Assembly (NCBI GenBank): GCA_021158665.1
Contig: JAGGUE010000057.1
Coordinates: 1 to 32,428, forward strand
Reading direction: 5' to 3'
DNA from: Candidatus Aenigmatarchaeota archaeon
GTDB taxonomy: Archaea > Aenigmatarchaeota > Aenigmatarchaeia > GW2011-AR5 > JAHLMP01
DNA: 32,428 nucleotides
Shown here: one piece after another, positions 6,856-15,043 of the stretch
Numbering within the stretch: the stretch's first letter is position 1
Layout of the letters: every line of letters begins with the position of its first letter
Notes under the pieces: model-generated
What the model saw: the letters and a program-made list of their open reading frames with translations, nothing else
Database searches by the model: none
Told to the model about the DNA's origin: nothing
Program-made: the position numbers and the translations under genes

Positions 6856-7254
6856 TTATTAATTAATAGAAGTAGAAACAATAAAAATCAAAATTAATTA
6901 TAAGAAAACCCAGCATTCCTCTGCCGAGCAGAGTCATACTGGGGACTTAATAATTTGTTATTGGCAGAGAAACTATTTAAAAATTTTTATTCATTTACTT
7001 TAATATATATTTTAAATTCTATTTCTAAAAACGGTTACAGTTGCCAGAAATCAGACGCAGACCTTAGCAAAAGAAAATCTGGCAAAGGTTTCGGAAATTG
7101 CAAGAGAGAGCATGATACGGGGACTAACCCTGTTAAAAGAAATTAACAATGAGAGCGATAAAAGACTGAAAGAAAAAATGGAAAAAGCCAAAAAAGAAAT
7201 AAAAAGTTTAAGAAAATAGTATAAATAGATGCATTGCATTTTCTCTACGTTGCA

Positions 7255-7266
7255 CGCTTGATGCAT
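7255..7266 (+). repeat. direct repeat, right copy (CGCTTGATGCAT)
   Basis: Exact 12-nt match to 5865-5876. A further 2 of the 3 nt immediately upstream also match (cAcgctt versus cCcgctt). Confidence 0.7.
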
Positions 7267-7299
7267 TTTAATCACAAAATTGATTGCAATAAAATAATT

Positions 7300-8592
7300 C
7301 TATAAAACCTTTTTGTGATCAACCGCAACTTCTCCGAGTTCGTAAATTAAGAACCCGATGATAACGAGAGCGACGCCATACGCCAAAACCTCAATTTCAA
7401 TATTGGCAAGCATAAACAAACATGTTATTATTCCCAACGCGGGCAAAACGGGCATCTTGCCGATGGATAATGGCGTTGTGAAGCCTCTTTTTTTATCGGG
7501 CTTTTTGTACCTCATCCATATCACGGCCGCGTTGACGAAAATAAATGTCATGAAAATGGCAAAGTTCGTGAGATTTGCAACTATTTTTATATTTCCAAAA
7601 AATAAGACAAAAAACATTCCAAAAAGCGTTGTCGTTACTATCGCGACCCATGGCGTGTGCGTCTTTCTTGAAATGGATAAGAACACCCGCGGAAGTATTC
7701 TAAATTCGGCAATGCCGTATATCAGTCTCGATGCCCCGAGCATTACAACCAAAACCGTGTTGAATGTTGAAAATAATGCTATAACGGACAAGACGAGAAA
7801 CGCCCTGTCTCCAAATAAATGAGAAGCAACGAATGCGAGAGGTGCGGACGAAGATGATAAACCATTCCATCCCAAGACAGAAACCGCTGAAATCGCAACT
7901 AACACATATATTATTGTTGTGATGGCTATAGACAACAAAACCGCTTTCGGTATAATCTTAGATGGATTTTTCGTTTCTTCGGCAAGCCTTGTGATGGATT
8001 CAAATCCTATATATGCAAAAAATACCAGAGACGATGCCCTGAAAATTCCAGATAAACCGCTTGCCAGCTCGAGGTAATTCACTGAGCCGATATGAGGCAA
8101 TCCGATAAAAATTATTATTGCCAGCCCGATCAACTCTATGCACGTGCATAAAATCGTTAAGAATGCCGACTCCTTAATTCCAGCGATCAAAATAACGCCG
8201 CACAGCAGAATTGCGGTCAAAGCTGTTAAAATTATCGGAGTGCCGAACAGAGACGAAAAATAATTGGCAAACCCTATTGATACGGCCGATGAACTGATAA
8301 TTGAACTGATTATTATCAGCCATCCAACAATCCACGCCAATTTCTTTCCCAGCGTCTTGTCGATGTAAACATATTCGGCTCCGGCTCTTGGAAAAACAGA
8401 AGAAAGCTCGGCATAGGATAATCCGGTGAATGCGGCAACGATGGCTGCGAGTATAAAAGAGAGCCAGACGGCATTGCCGGCCATACCGGCTGCCTCGCCT
8501 ATAAGCACATATATACCGGCGCCAACTATTATGCCGACGCCAATGAGCGTTATCTGCCATAAACTTAGCTCTCTTTTTAGTTTTGGTTTCAT
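7300..8592 (-). CDS. amino acid permease (APC superfamily)
   Basis: 430 aa with about 12 TM segments. The N-terminal LSLWQITLIGVGIIVGAGIYVLIGEAA motif is typical of APC transporters. Confidence 0.85.
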   Translation of the reverse strand: MKPKLKRELSLWQITLIGVGIIVGAGIYVLIGEAAGMAGNAVWLSFILAAIVAAFTGLSYAELSSVFPRAGAEYVYIDKTLGKKLAWIVGWLIIISSIISSSAVSIGFANYFSSLFGTPIILTALTAILLCGVILIAGIKESAFLTILCTCIELIGLAIIIFIGLPHIGSVNYLELASGLSGIFRASSLVFFAYIGFESITRLAEETKNPSKIIPKAVLLSIAITTIIYVLVAISAVSVLGWNGLSSSSAPLAFVASHLFGDRAFLVLSVIALFSTFNTVLVVMLGASRLIYGIAEFRILPRVFLSISRKTHTPWVAIVTTTLFGMFFVLFFGNIKIVANLTNFAIFMTFIFVNAAVIWMRYKKPDKKRGFTTPLSIGKMPVLPALGIITCLFMLANIEIEVLAYGVALVIIGFLIYELGEVAVDHKKVL

Positions 8593-8611
8593 ACCAAAAA
8601 CCCGTGATAAA

Positions 8612-9101
8612 TGGGTCCGGGGAGATTTCCGTTCAACCTTTTTCTTTCAGAGAAAGAAAAAGACTCTGGTTCATTTCATTCGCATATATTTATTTATATT
8701 GTAATTATAACAAGACTTTTTTTCCTTTGGTCTTTTTCTTACCGTTCTCGTTGGAGTTCACTTTTTATATTATTTATAATTGGTGAACTCTTCCTGCGAT
8801 TCCGATAGTCTTTTTCTTTTCTTTTTAATATATGCGAAACGAAGTTTCGCCCGAATTTCTCTCTTTCCGATAGTCTTTCTCTCAATAATATATGCGAAAA
8901 ATCTTTTGATTTTTCGCCCAATTTTTTTCTTTTTCCTTTGGTCTTTCTTTTTAATACTTTTTAATAATATATGCGAAACGAAGTTTCGCCTGAACTTCTC
9001 TCTTTCCGATAGTCTTTCTCTCTTTTTAAGAGAGAAAGGTATTTCGAACTCCCGACCTTTGCCACGTCAAGGCAACGTCATAGCCACTAGACCACGGACC
9101 C
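8612..9101 (-). tRNA. tRNA-Val(GAC) with an approximately 417-nt insertion/intron in the T-loop (about 59/60)
   Basis: Minus-strand reading: acceptor GGGTCCG/CGGACCC+A, anticodon arm TTGCC TTGACGT GGCAA, variable AGGTC. The T-stem is GGGAG (9053-9049) / CTCCC (8624-8620). The T-loop is TTCGAA (9048-9043) plus T (8625). Confidence 0.8.
8626..9042 (-). other. giant modular T-loop intron/insert of tRNA-Val (same family as in tRNA-Lys)
   Basis: It has the same 47-nt 5' end and the same 3' segment as the tRNA-Lys insert. The interior has 3 A-modules (hairpins 8834-8850, 8894-8917, 8973-8989) and 1 B-module (8744-8803). The 5' terminal hairpin is at 9014-9038. Confidence 0.7.
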
Positions 9102-9291
9102 AATCGGCCAAATGCACAACGGTGAACGACGAAGCGAATCTTGGCACATAACCATTTGGCGCACCGCTCCGTTAATCTATTATCCTTTAATTTTAATTAT
9201 AGACGCCAGCAAATTTAAAAATCTTCTAATCCGGTTTTTCAAAAATCGCATCGCAGTTGAAAATTGCCGACCTTCTCAATGTCCGCAATAC

Positions 9292-10389
9292 TTATATAAT
9301 TTTCACCGCTTCCAGTATTTTTTCGGCTTCCGCTCTCGTAATGTTTATTTCGTTTAAGACCGTATATCTTTCCCTGACTCGTTTTGCGTTTACCAGGGCA
9401 TCTATTAAAATATCTTCTTTTATTCCTATCTCTTTTGAATTCGTCGGCAACCCGAGCCTTATCATCATGTCCCTGACTTTTTGCCATACATCGCCACGCA
9501 AATCGCGAACCGGCGTTGGTCCGTTCCGTTTCTCGCCTTCAGTAGTCTTGCACGCCTTTCGTTGACCTTGCAAATAAGTCATGACAATAGTCCCAAGCGC
9601 GCACTGCTCGCCGTGCAGGGCATTTGCGCCGAGCGAGTCGAGTGCGTGGGAAAAGTTGTGTTCGCTTCCGGAGCATGGCCTGGAAGAGCCGTATATGTTC
9701 ATTGCAAAACCGGAGCATATCAAACTCCAGAGCAAAATTTCCAGGCCGTGATAATTCTTTTCTCTTATGTCATCTATATGGTTTATCACTCCCCTGCTTG
9801 ACAACAACGCCAACTCCGCCATTAATGTATGATACTTTTCCTTTCCCTTCTCTGCCGCGAGTTTCCAGTCCTCCACCGCCGAGATATTGGAAATCAGATC
9901 TCCGGCTCCGGACGCTATCAGTCTGTAAGGCGCCTTTTTTATCGTGTCCAAATCGCCTATTATTGCTATCGGCTCTGTTGCATCGACAGAAGTCCTGAAC
10001 CCGTTTGAAGTTATGCTCGCGCGCGAAGAGACGACGCCGTCATGGGACAACGCCGTCGGAAATGCTATCCACGGCTTTTTCGCCAGAAACGACGAATACT
10101 TTGCCACGTCAATGCTCCTCCCGCCGCCGAGCCCGATCGTGAAATCAAATTGTTTTATTTTTTCCGACAATCGTTCCAGATATTTTTTTTCTATTGATTC
10201 CGGCTTTATGATTTCCACGTCAAATGAGTTTGAAAGAATATCTTTGATTTTAAAACCGATCACCCTTCCGACGTTTTCATTGCAAATCATCGCAATTTTT
10301 TTGCCGAGTCTCATTTCTTTTAATAAGGCTTCTATCTCACCCTCCACCGACCTCTCGATCAGAATTTTATATGGGAAGTTTATTATCAT
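9292..10389 (-). CDS. egsA: glycerol-1-phosphate dehydrogenase [NAD(P)+]
   Basis: 365 aa with the iron-ADH/DHQS-like fold motifs GLGGGRSIDVAKY, PTALSHDG and SGSEHNFSHALD, which match G1PDH. There is an apparent insertion of about 20 aa (RKACKTTEGEKRNGPTPVRDLR) before the C-terminal helices. Confidence 0.75.
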   Translation of the reverse strand: MIINFPYKILIERSVEGEIEALLKEMRLGKKIAMICNENVGRVIGFKIKDILSNSFDVEIIKPESIEKKYLERLSEKIKQFDFTIGLGGGRSIDVAKYSSFLAKKPWIAFPTALSHDGVVSSRASITSNGFRTSVDATEPIAIIGDLDTIKKAPYRLIASGAGDLISNISAVEDWKLAAEKGKEKYHTLMAELALLSSRGVINHIDDIREKNYHGLEILLWSLICSGFAMNIYGSSRPCSGSEHNFSHALDSLGANALHGEQCALGTIVMTYLQGQRKACKTTEGEKRNGPTPVRDLRGDVWQKVRDMMIRLGLPTNSKEIGIKEDILIDALVNAKRVRERYTVLNEINITRAEAEKILEAVKII

Positions 10390-10538
10390 ATTTTATCATC
10401 TGTTTGATTGATCGGAAGACGATCGCATAAAATATTTATCTTCTTTGCAACCATTTTCAAATGTTTATCGGTTGTATATAATTTAAGTTTAAATCTTTCT
10501 CCAATAGCTAATATAAAACAATCAACAACTGATTTCAT
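10386..10538 (-). CDS. 50-aa hypothetical ORF, translationally coupled to egsA (ATGA overlap)
   Basis: Hand translation gives MKSVVDCFILAIGERFKLKLYTTDKHLKMVAKKINILCDRLPINQTDDKI. The TGA stop overlaps the egsA ATG. It starts 8 nt after the peptidase stop and is too short for the ORF track. Confidence 0.35.
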   Translation of the reverse strand: MKSVVDCFILAIGERFKLKLYTTDKHLKMVAKKINILCDRLPINQTDDKI

Positions 10539-10545
10539 AAATGTC

Positions 10546-11346
10546 TCATACAAACAAAAATAAAAGATTCCCGCATAGCAAAGTAATAATCAAAGAAAGG
10601 AAGAACACGGGCCCGAACCTGACGCCCTCTTTTATTGTCACCCGCTTTCTTTTTTTCTTTATTTCCCTGACCTGCTCTTCTGTCAAGCCGTCCCATGTTT
10701 TTGAATCAAGGATAACATCGCCGACCCTTAGCTTTGACGCCGGAATCGTTTTTTTGAATACATGATTTTCAATGACCCTCCCATACCTGTAAAACAATAC
10801 CAGAAACAGGATTATGAGAAATGAATATAACAAAAGCATCGGTTGCATGTGGCCAAGATAGCGCATGAATCCGAAGAAAGACGCGAGAAACAATAACGGA
10901 ACGCCAAGCACCGTTTTCAGGTTTTTTCTCAAATCATTTAAAAAGAGCTTTGGAACCCTGCGATTCAGGCCAAGTATTAGTGCGTAGACGAAAATATACG
11001 CGGCTCCGACAAAGAATATGTTGACAAAAAAAGCGAACTGAAAGAAAATAACCCCCGGCAGATACGGGATTAAATATCCGACTGCCGCCATGAGCTTCGC
11101 GTCACCTCCTCCCCACTGCCCAAGCTTGTACATCGACCAACCGAAAGCCAGATATATCGTGCCGGCGGCCAACGACAATAAAAGCGGGAAATAACTTCCG
11201 GTCGTGAGCATGAAAAGAAACCATGCGAATATTCCAATGGCCGCCATTAATGTCGGTATCTCGTCGGGTATTTCCGTGGTTTTCAAATCCCACAGTCCGG
11301 CAACCAATGAACCGGCCAGCGCCACGACAAGCGCGAATTCGATCAT
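10546..11346 (-). CDS. A24-family prepilin/preflagellin (archaellin) signal peptidase
   Basis: 266 aa, polytopic. It has the two catalytic Asp motifs (WDLKTTEIPDE and GGGDAKLMAAVG, of GxGD type). Confidence 0.8.
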   Translation of the reverse strand: MIEFALVVALAGSLVAGLWDLKTTEIPDEIPTLMAAIGIFAWFLFMLTTGSYFPLLLSLAAGTIYLAFGWSMYKLGQWGGGDAKLMAAVGYLIPYLPGVIFFQFAFFVNIFFVGAAYIFVYALILGLNRRVPKLFLNDLRKNLKTVLGVPLLFLASFFGFMRYLGHMQPMLLLYSFLIILFLVLFYRYGRVIENHVFKKTIPASKLRVGDVILDSKTWDGLTEEQVREIKKKRKRVTIKEGVRFGPVFFLSLIITLLCGNLLFLFV

Positions 11347-11403
11347 ATAAACCCTCGTGATTTTTCCGCTGATTCTCTTTATAGCTTTTTGCAGACAGAT
11401 TAT

Positions 11404-12147
11404 CTATAGACCGGCGGTGACATCATTCAGATCCATTTCGGTGTATTTGCTTCTAAGGGCATTTTTTTGTTCGGCATGTATCTTTTTGCAACCGTCTATG
11501 GCCATGGCAACCGCTTTTTTAAAATCTTCTTTTGACATTATTCCGTCCATTTGCAGGAGCGTTACAAAATCTTTTCTTGGATAATACGCCACCGGTATGT
11601 CCACCTCTCCATTTTCGTCTTCCTTGCCAGCGATGTCTATCGCGATCTGCCCGTCTATCTTGCCAACTGAGCAACTCGCTATCAAATCTCTCATTGGAAT
11701 GCCGGCGTCGGCAAGCGCGAGCGAAACCGCGTTTATTGCCGCGCACCTTGTGGATGCATTTGCCTCCAAAATCTCAACATAAATTTCTATCATGGTCTTT
11801 GGAAACTCCTCCAAAAACAAGACGGATTCAAACGCTTTCTTTATGACCAACGATATTTCCGTTCCCCTCCTGCTTATTCCCGGCCTTACCCTGGTTGTCG
11901 TGGAGAACGGAGCCATGCTGTAGATAACTCTCAATATCGCCTTTTCCTGCTCTTCTTTAAATCTCGGGTAGACGGGATTTGGTCCGTACACTCCGGCGAT
12001 AGCCGATGTGGAGCCGAATGAAAAATATCCCGAACCCCCTGCTTTTTTAAGTATGCCAGCTCTCGCGACTATCGGTCTCATGTCTTCCGGTCTCCTCCCA
12101 TCCAGCCTTTTTCCATCGACTATAAGCTTTAACTCGTTCATAATCAT
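11404..12147 (-). CDS. rrp41: exosome complex exonuclease Rrp41 (RNase PH fold)
   Basis: 247 aa. The motifs RLDGRRPEDMRPI, GSGYFSFGSTSAIAGVYGP and SRRGTEISLVIKKA match Rrp41. The start overlaps the rrp4 stop. Confidence 0.85.
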   Translation of the reverse strand: MIMNELKLIVDGKRLDGRRPEDMRPIVARAGILKKAGGSGYFSFGSTSAIAGVYGPNPVYPRFKEEQEKAILRVIYSMAPFSTTTRVRPGISRRGTEISLVIKKAFESVLFLEEFPKTMIEIYVEILEANASTRCAAINAVSLALADAGIPMRDLIASCSVGKIDGQIAIDIAGKEDENGEVDIPVAYYPRKDFVTLLQMDGIMSKEDFKKAVAMAIDGCKKIHAEQKNALRSKYTEMDLNDVTAGL

Positions 12148-12962
12148 TCGCCGGCAAATTTAACATTTTCTGTTTTATTTTCAAAACTTTCAATTTTTTC
12201 TTTTGTTTCGGTACTCAAAAGCTCTTCTATCTTGTTTGTCAGCCCGACCGCGTGAGCGTATTCCTCGATCTTCAAAATTGCCTCGATGGCAAGCTCCTTT
12301 TTATCTCCCCTTACCCATATAAGACCGTTCTGGCCGATGACGATCTGGCACCCGGTCTTTTTCTTTATCAATTCTACCATGGACCCGTTTTTTCCGATTA
12401 CTCTGGGGACCTTTGACGGCGTGATTTTTACGATTCTTCCTCCGTACAGCTTTCTGCACCTCTTGTCTCTCATGGATAGGTCTATCTTTTTTGATTTTGT
12501 AACGCTTGAAATCTTTGCAAAAATAATGTCGCCGTAATTAAAATATTTTGTCAAGTCGTTTTTTGTAAGGTCAACGTATTCTTCAACCGCCTCGCTCAGA
12601 GACAAAGAGGCGGGATAAGGGGAACTTATGTCAACCGTCCATCTCGATATGTTGATGTCCGTTATCACGCCTATAACACCGTCACCTTTCTTTGGATTGT
12701 AGACGCCGTTTAACGGAATTACAAAGTGCACGCCGTTTTTGCTGTCCGCCAAGCCGACGACCTTTGACACTATCTTTCCGCGGTCAATGTACGTTCCGCT
12801 TCCGGCTCTGCCGGTGCCAACCTCTTCACCCGGCAATACAAGCCTTCTCGTCCTCGCGTGCTCTTCGTATTCCTTTATCCTCTTTATTTTATCTTCCTCC
12901 GTTTCAACATGGGTTTTAACTTCCCGCATTTCTTCTTTTACATTTTCTTCCATTTCATTCAC
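12144..12962 (-). CDS. rrp4: exosome RNA-binding subunit Rrp4 (S1 + KH)
   Basis: 272 aa. An S1-like region (GDGVIGVITDINISRWTVDI) and a KH region (PRVIGKNGSMVELIKKKTGCQIVIGQNGLIWV) are present, with an acidic N-terminal extension. It has 4-nt overlaps with both neighbours. Confidence 0.85.
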   Translation of the reverse strand: MNEMEENVKEEMREVKTHVETEEDKIKRIKEYEEHARTRRLVLPGEEVGTGRAGSGTYIDRGKIVSKVVGLADSKNGVHFVIPLNGVYNPKKGDGVIGVITDINISRWTVDISSPYPASLSLSEAVEEYVDLTKNDLTKYFNYGDIIFAKISSVTKSKKIDLSMRDKRCRKLYGGRIVKITPSKVPRVIGKNGSMVELIKKKTGCQIVIGQNGLIWVRGDKKELAIEAILKIEEYAHAVGLTNKIEELLSTETKEKIESFENKTENVKFAGE

Positions 12963-13645
12963 TTTTCGCTTATCTTAACTTCGCCACGAGTTATGTTGTT
13001 AAGCTTATTAAAAATATCCTGCTTAAGTCCCGGGGAGATTTCCATGCTCGCTGACAATGAGCCGTCTTTCATCCATTGCGGTTCTGTCCCAAATGACTTG
13101 ATAACTCCGTAACACTTTCCAGCCCATTTGGGCGGAACCTTTATATCGAGCCTGATTTTCTCAAATGATATCGGTATAACTTCCCTTATTGCTTTTATGA
13201 CATCATTTATCTGCTCGTTTACGTTTTTGAAAACATCAACATGAACCTTTGCCCGATCCATGGCGTTGAGTATTCTCTGCTGCGGATGCGGTTTTTTGGT
13301 TTTTGGGTCCAACACGTTTTTTGAAATGAAATCCGCGATCTGTTTTTTCTTTTCTTCGAGCTTTTTTTTCCTGAACTCTGTCGTTAGCTGAATGTCGCCC
13401 TTTTTCAGGATTTCCTTTGCCACATCTTCTATGTTATCCGTTCCGAAACAATCGATAACATCCCGCCTTGCTGCCGGCATGCCCTTCTTGCTGTCTTTGA
13501 ACACATCATCAACGGCGAGCATATTTGCTATGCTAACCGCTTTGCCGTCCCTGAAAGCGTAAGCGAGTTCTGGATCAACTAATATTTCAAAGATTTTTCC
13601 GTTTTTTTCAATTTTAGCGATAACCGCCTTGTCAACGGTAACCAT
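12959..13645 (-). CDS. SBDS/Sdo1 ribosome maturation protein
   Basis: 228 aa. The N-terminal FYSH-domain pattern (IAKIEKNGKIFEILVDPELAYAFRDGK) and its position upstream of rrp4-rrp41 match the conserved archaeal exosome superoperon. Confidence 0.85.
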   Translation of the reverse strand: MVTVDKAVIAKIEKNGKIFEILVDPELAYAFRDGKAVSIANMLAVDDVFKDSKKGMPAARRDVIDCFGTDNIEDVAKEILKKGDIQLTTEFRKKKLEEKKKQIADFISKNVLDPKTKKPHPQQRILNAMDRAKVHVDVFKNVNEQINDVIKAIREVIPISFEKIRLDIKVPPKWAGKCYGVIKSFGTEPQWMKDGSLSASMEISPGLKQDIFNKLNNITRGEVKISEK

Positions 13646-13893
13646 GGCATTTACCCGTACAACAAGAATCGTGATTATTTCTAACTTATCGTGCGAAAAC
13701 TTTTAAATGTTTTCAAGAGCACCGGATTCTTCGACTTTATAGCTCGGCGGTTCACGGCGAATTTCGCAGCGCGCGCTCGGCTGGCCGACAGCGGTTTAAG
13801 TATCCCGTAAAAAATGGCGATCCGGATTTCCGCACATATTTCAAATTGCGATGCCCGACGACGATCTCCGCGCACGCAGAACTTGCGTATCGA

Positions 13894-14076
13894 TTAATAT
13901 CCAAGAAATTCTTTTTCGCACTCCTCGCAACTGTATACGCTTAGCTCAAAGACACCCTTTCTGACATTTTTTGCGCGCCCATTACAAAAGGGGCAATTAT
14001 ATAATTCATCGGCTTCCATCAAGATAAAAGAACGCGGAATATTTAAATAGTTTTCGGTTTTTGTTTCTAAAATCAA
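13894..14076 (-). CDS. small zinc-ribbon protein (hypothetical)
   Basis: 60 aa from a TTG start, or 41 aa from the internal ATG. It has CPFC...CEEC, two CxxC pairs. Confidence 0.4.
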   Translation of the reverse strand: MILETKTENYLNIPRSFILMEADELYNCPFCNGRAKNVRKGVFELSVYSCEECEKEFLGY

Positions 14077-14106
14077 CGCGTTGTTAACGAGGCGGTTGTT
14101 TTTGAA

Positions 14107-14862
14107 TTATTCGACGTTCGCGTGCCTTTTTTTCATTTTCTCTTCCATCTCGCCCAGCGTGTCTGACAGATGATGTATCGTTATGTCGGCAAAAACGGCG
14201 ACCTTTCTTTCAAACACCGTTCCCATAAGGTCTAATGTTGTTGAACACCTGTCTTTTATTTGGTCAATGTAATAATCTCTTATCTCGCCCATTCGCTCCC
14301 TTCCGCCTATTTCTATGCAATAACTGCAATCCCTTTTTGCTATTTCTGGATATGACGTCACGCCAACGACGACCGCGCCCTTTGCTTTCGCCGCTCCCGC
14401 GTAATTGGTGGTGCTCAATGTTTCCCAGCTGCCGGAAAATAGGATCGCGAGGTCATCGGGTTTTACAGGCCTTGCCAGCTTCGTGCCGAACTCTGAAACG
14501 GAAAAACCAAGATGACCCAACCTCATTGCAAAACTCTCCTCTTCCAGCCCGGACCTCCCGGCACCGTAGAGGTGTATGGTCGGGTTTTCTATCGTCAATT
14601 CGGGCGTTCTTATATCATCGTGGATTACGCGCCCGATTAATTCGGTTTCATCGTATTTTACGGCAATTTCATCATCTAACGCATCCGACTTGCAATCTTT
14701 CGGCAGTTTCAGCGTGATGTGCGGCCTTCTGTCTATGATGTCCCGAAGAAGCCTTTGATAATTTGGCTGTGCTCTTAGCTCTTTCTCTAAAGTGTCTAGC
14801 TGAGCTTTCATGTAATCGATGTCGGCGCGCGTAATTTCTGGGTCATAATATATTGATTTCAT
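14107..14862 (-). CDS. SIS-domain sugar-phosphate isomerase, 6-phospho-3-hexuloisomerase-like
   Basis: The motifs IHLYGAGRSGLEEESFAMRLGHLGF, ILFSGSWET and MGTVFERKVAVFADI match the PHI/SIS pattern. I place the start at the ATG at 14862 (MKSIYYDPE), which has GGAG upstream. The ORF-track start at 15015 adds an implausible leader. Confidence 0.65.
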   Translation of the reverse strand: MKSIYYDPEITRADIDYMKAQLDTLEKELRAQPNYQRLLRDIIDRRPHITLKLPKDCKSDALDDEIAVKYDETELIGRVIHDDIRTPELTIENPTIHLYGAGRSGLEEESFAMRLGHLGFSVSEFGTKLARPVKPDDLAILFSGSWETLSTTNYAGAAKAKGAVVVGVTSYPEIAKRDCSYCIEIGGRERMGEIRDYYIDQIKDRCSTTLDLMGTVFERKVAVFADITIHHLSDTLGEMEEKMKKRHANVE

Positions 14863-15043
14863 ATTCGGTCTCCGTGTCATCGCCGCCACAAACGGTCGCC
14901 CATTCCAATGAGTTGGTAGAAATGAGGCGTTGTTCACGCTCTTTCTCGTTTGCGGCAAACACCCAACTCGTTTAGTGACAGTTGACTTCGCAAACAATCT
15001 CAAATAATAATTCATTAAAGTTTTGAAAATTTTAAAATATTTC

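Larger units (their letters stand above)
5877..7254. mobile_element. putative remnant of an element integrated at tRNA-Gly (low-GC islet, no integrase)
   Basis: The segment is bounded by the 12-bp direct repeat of the tRNA 3' end. It is visibly more AT-rich than its flanks and contains only a frameshifted NYN gene and short ORFs. Confidence 0.35.

Noticed and set aside
7016-7218. Open frame encoding a coiled-coil-like peptide (..VARNQTQTLAKENLAKVSEIARESMIRGLTLLKEINNESDKRLKEKMEKAKKEIKSLRK).
   Set aside because: There is no ATG, GTG or TTG start until the internal Met at about 7109, which gives only 36 aa. It may be a gene remnant within the tRNA-Gly islet.
9480-9560. Approximately 20-aa insertion (RKACKTTEGEKRNGPTPVRDLR) in G1P dehydrogenase. 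It is locally GC-rich.
   Set aside because: It is in frame and is probably just a surface loop. I cannot judge its conservation without alignments.
14863-15015. 51-aa N-terminal extension of the SIS-domain ORF given by the track (start at 15015).
   Set aside because: The extension has atypical composition. An internal ATG at 14862 has a GGAG Shine-Dalgarno sequence and gives a protein that begins where homologues do.
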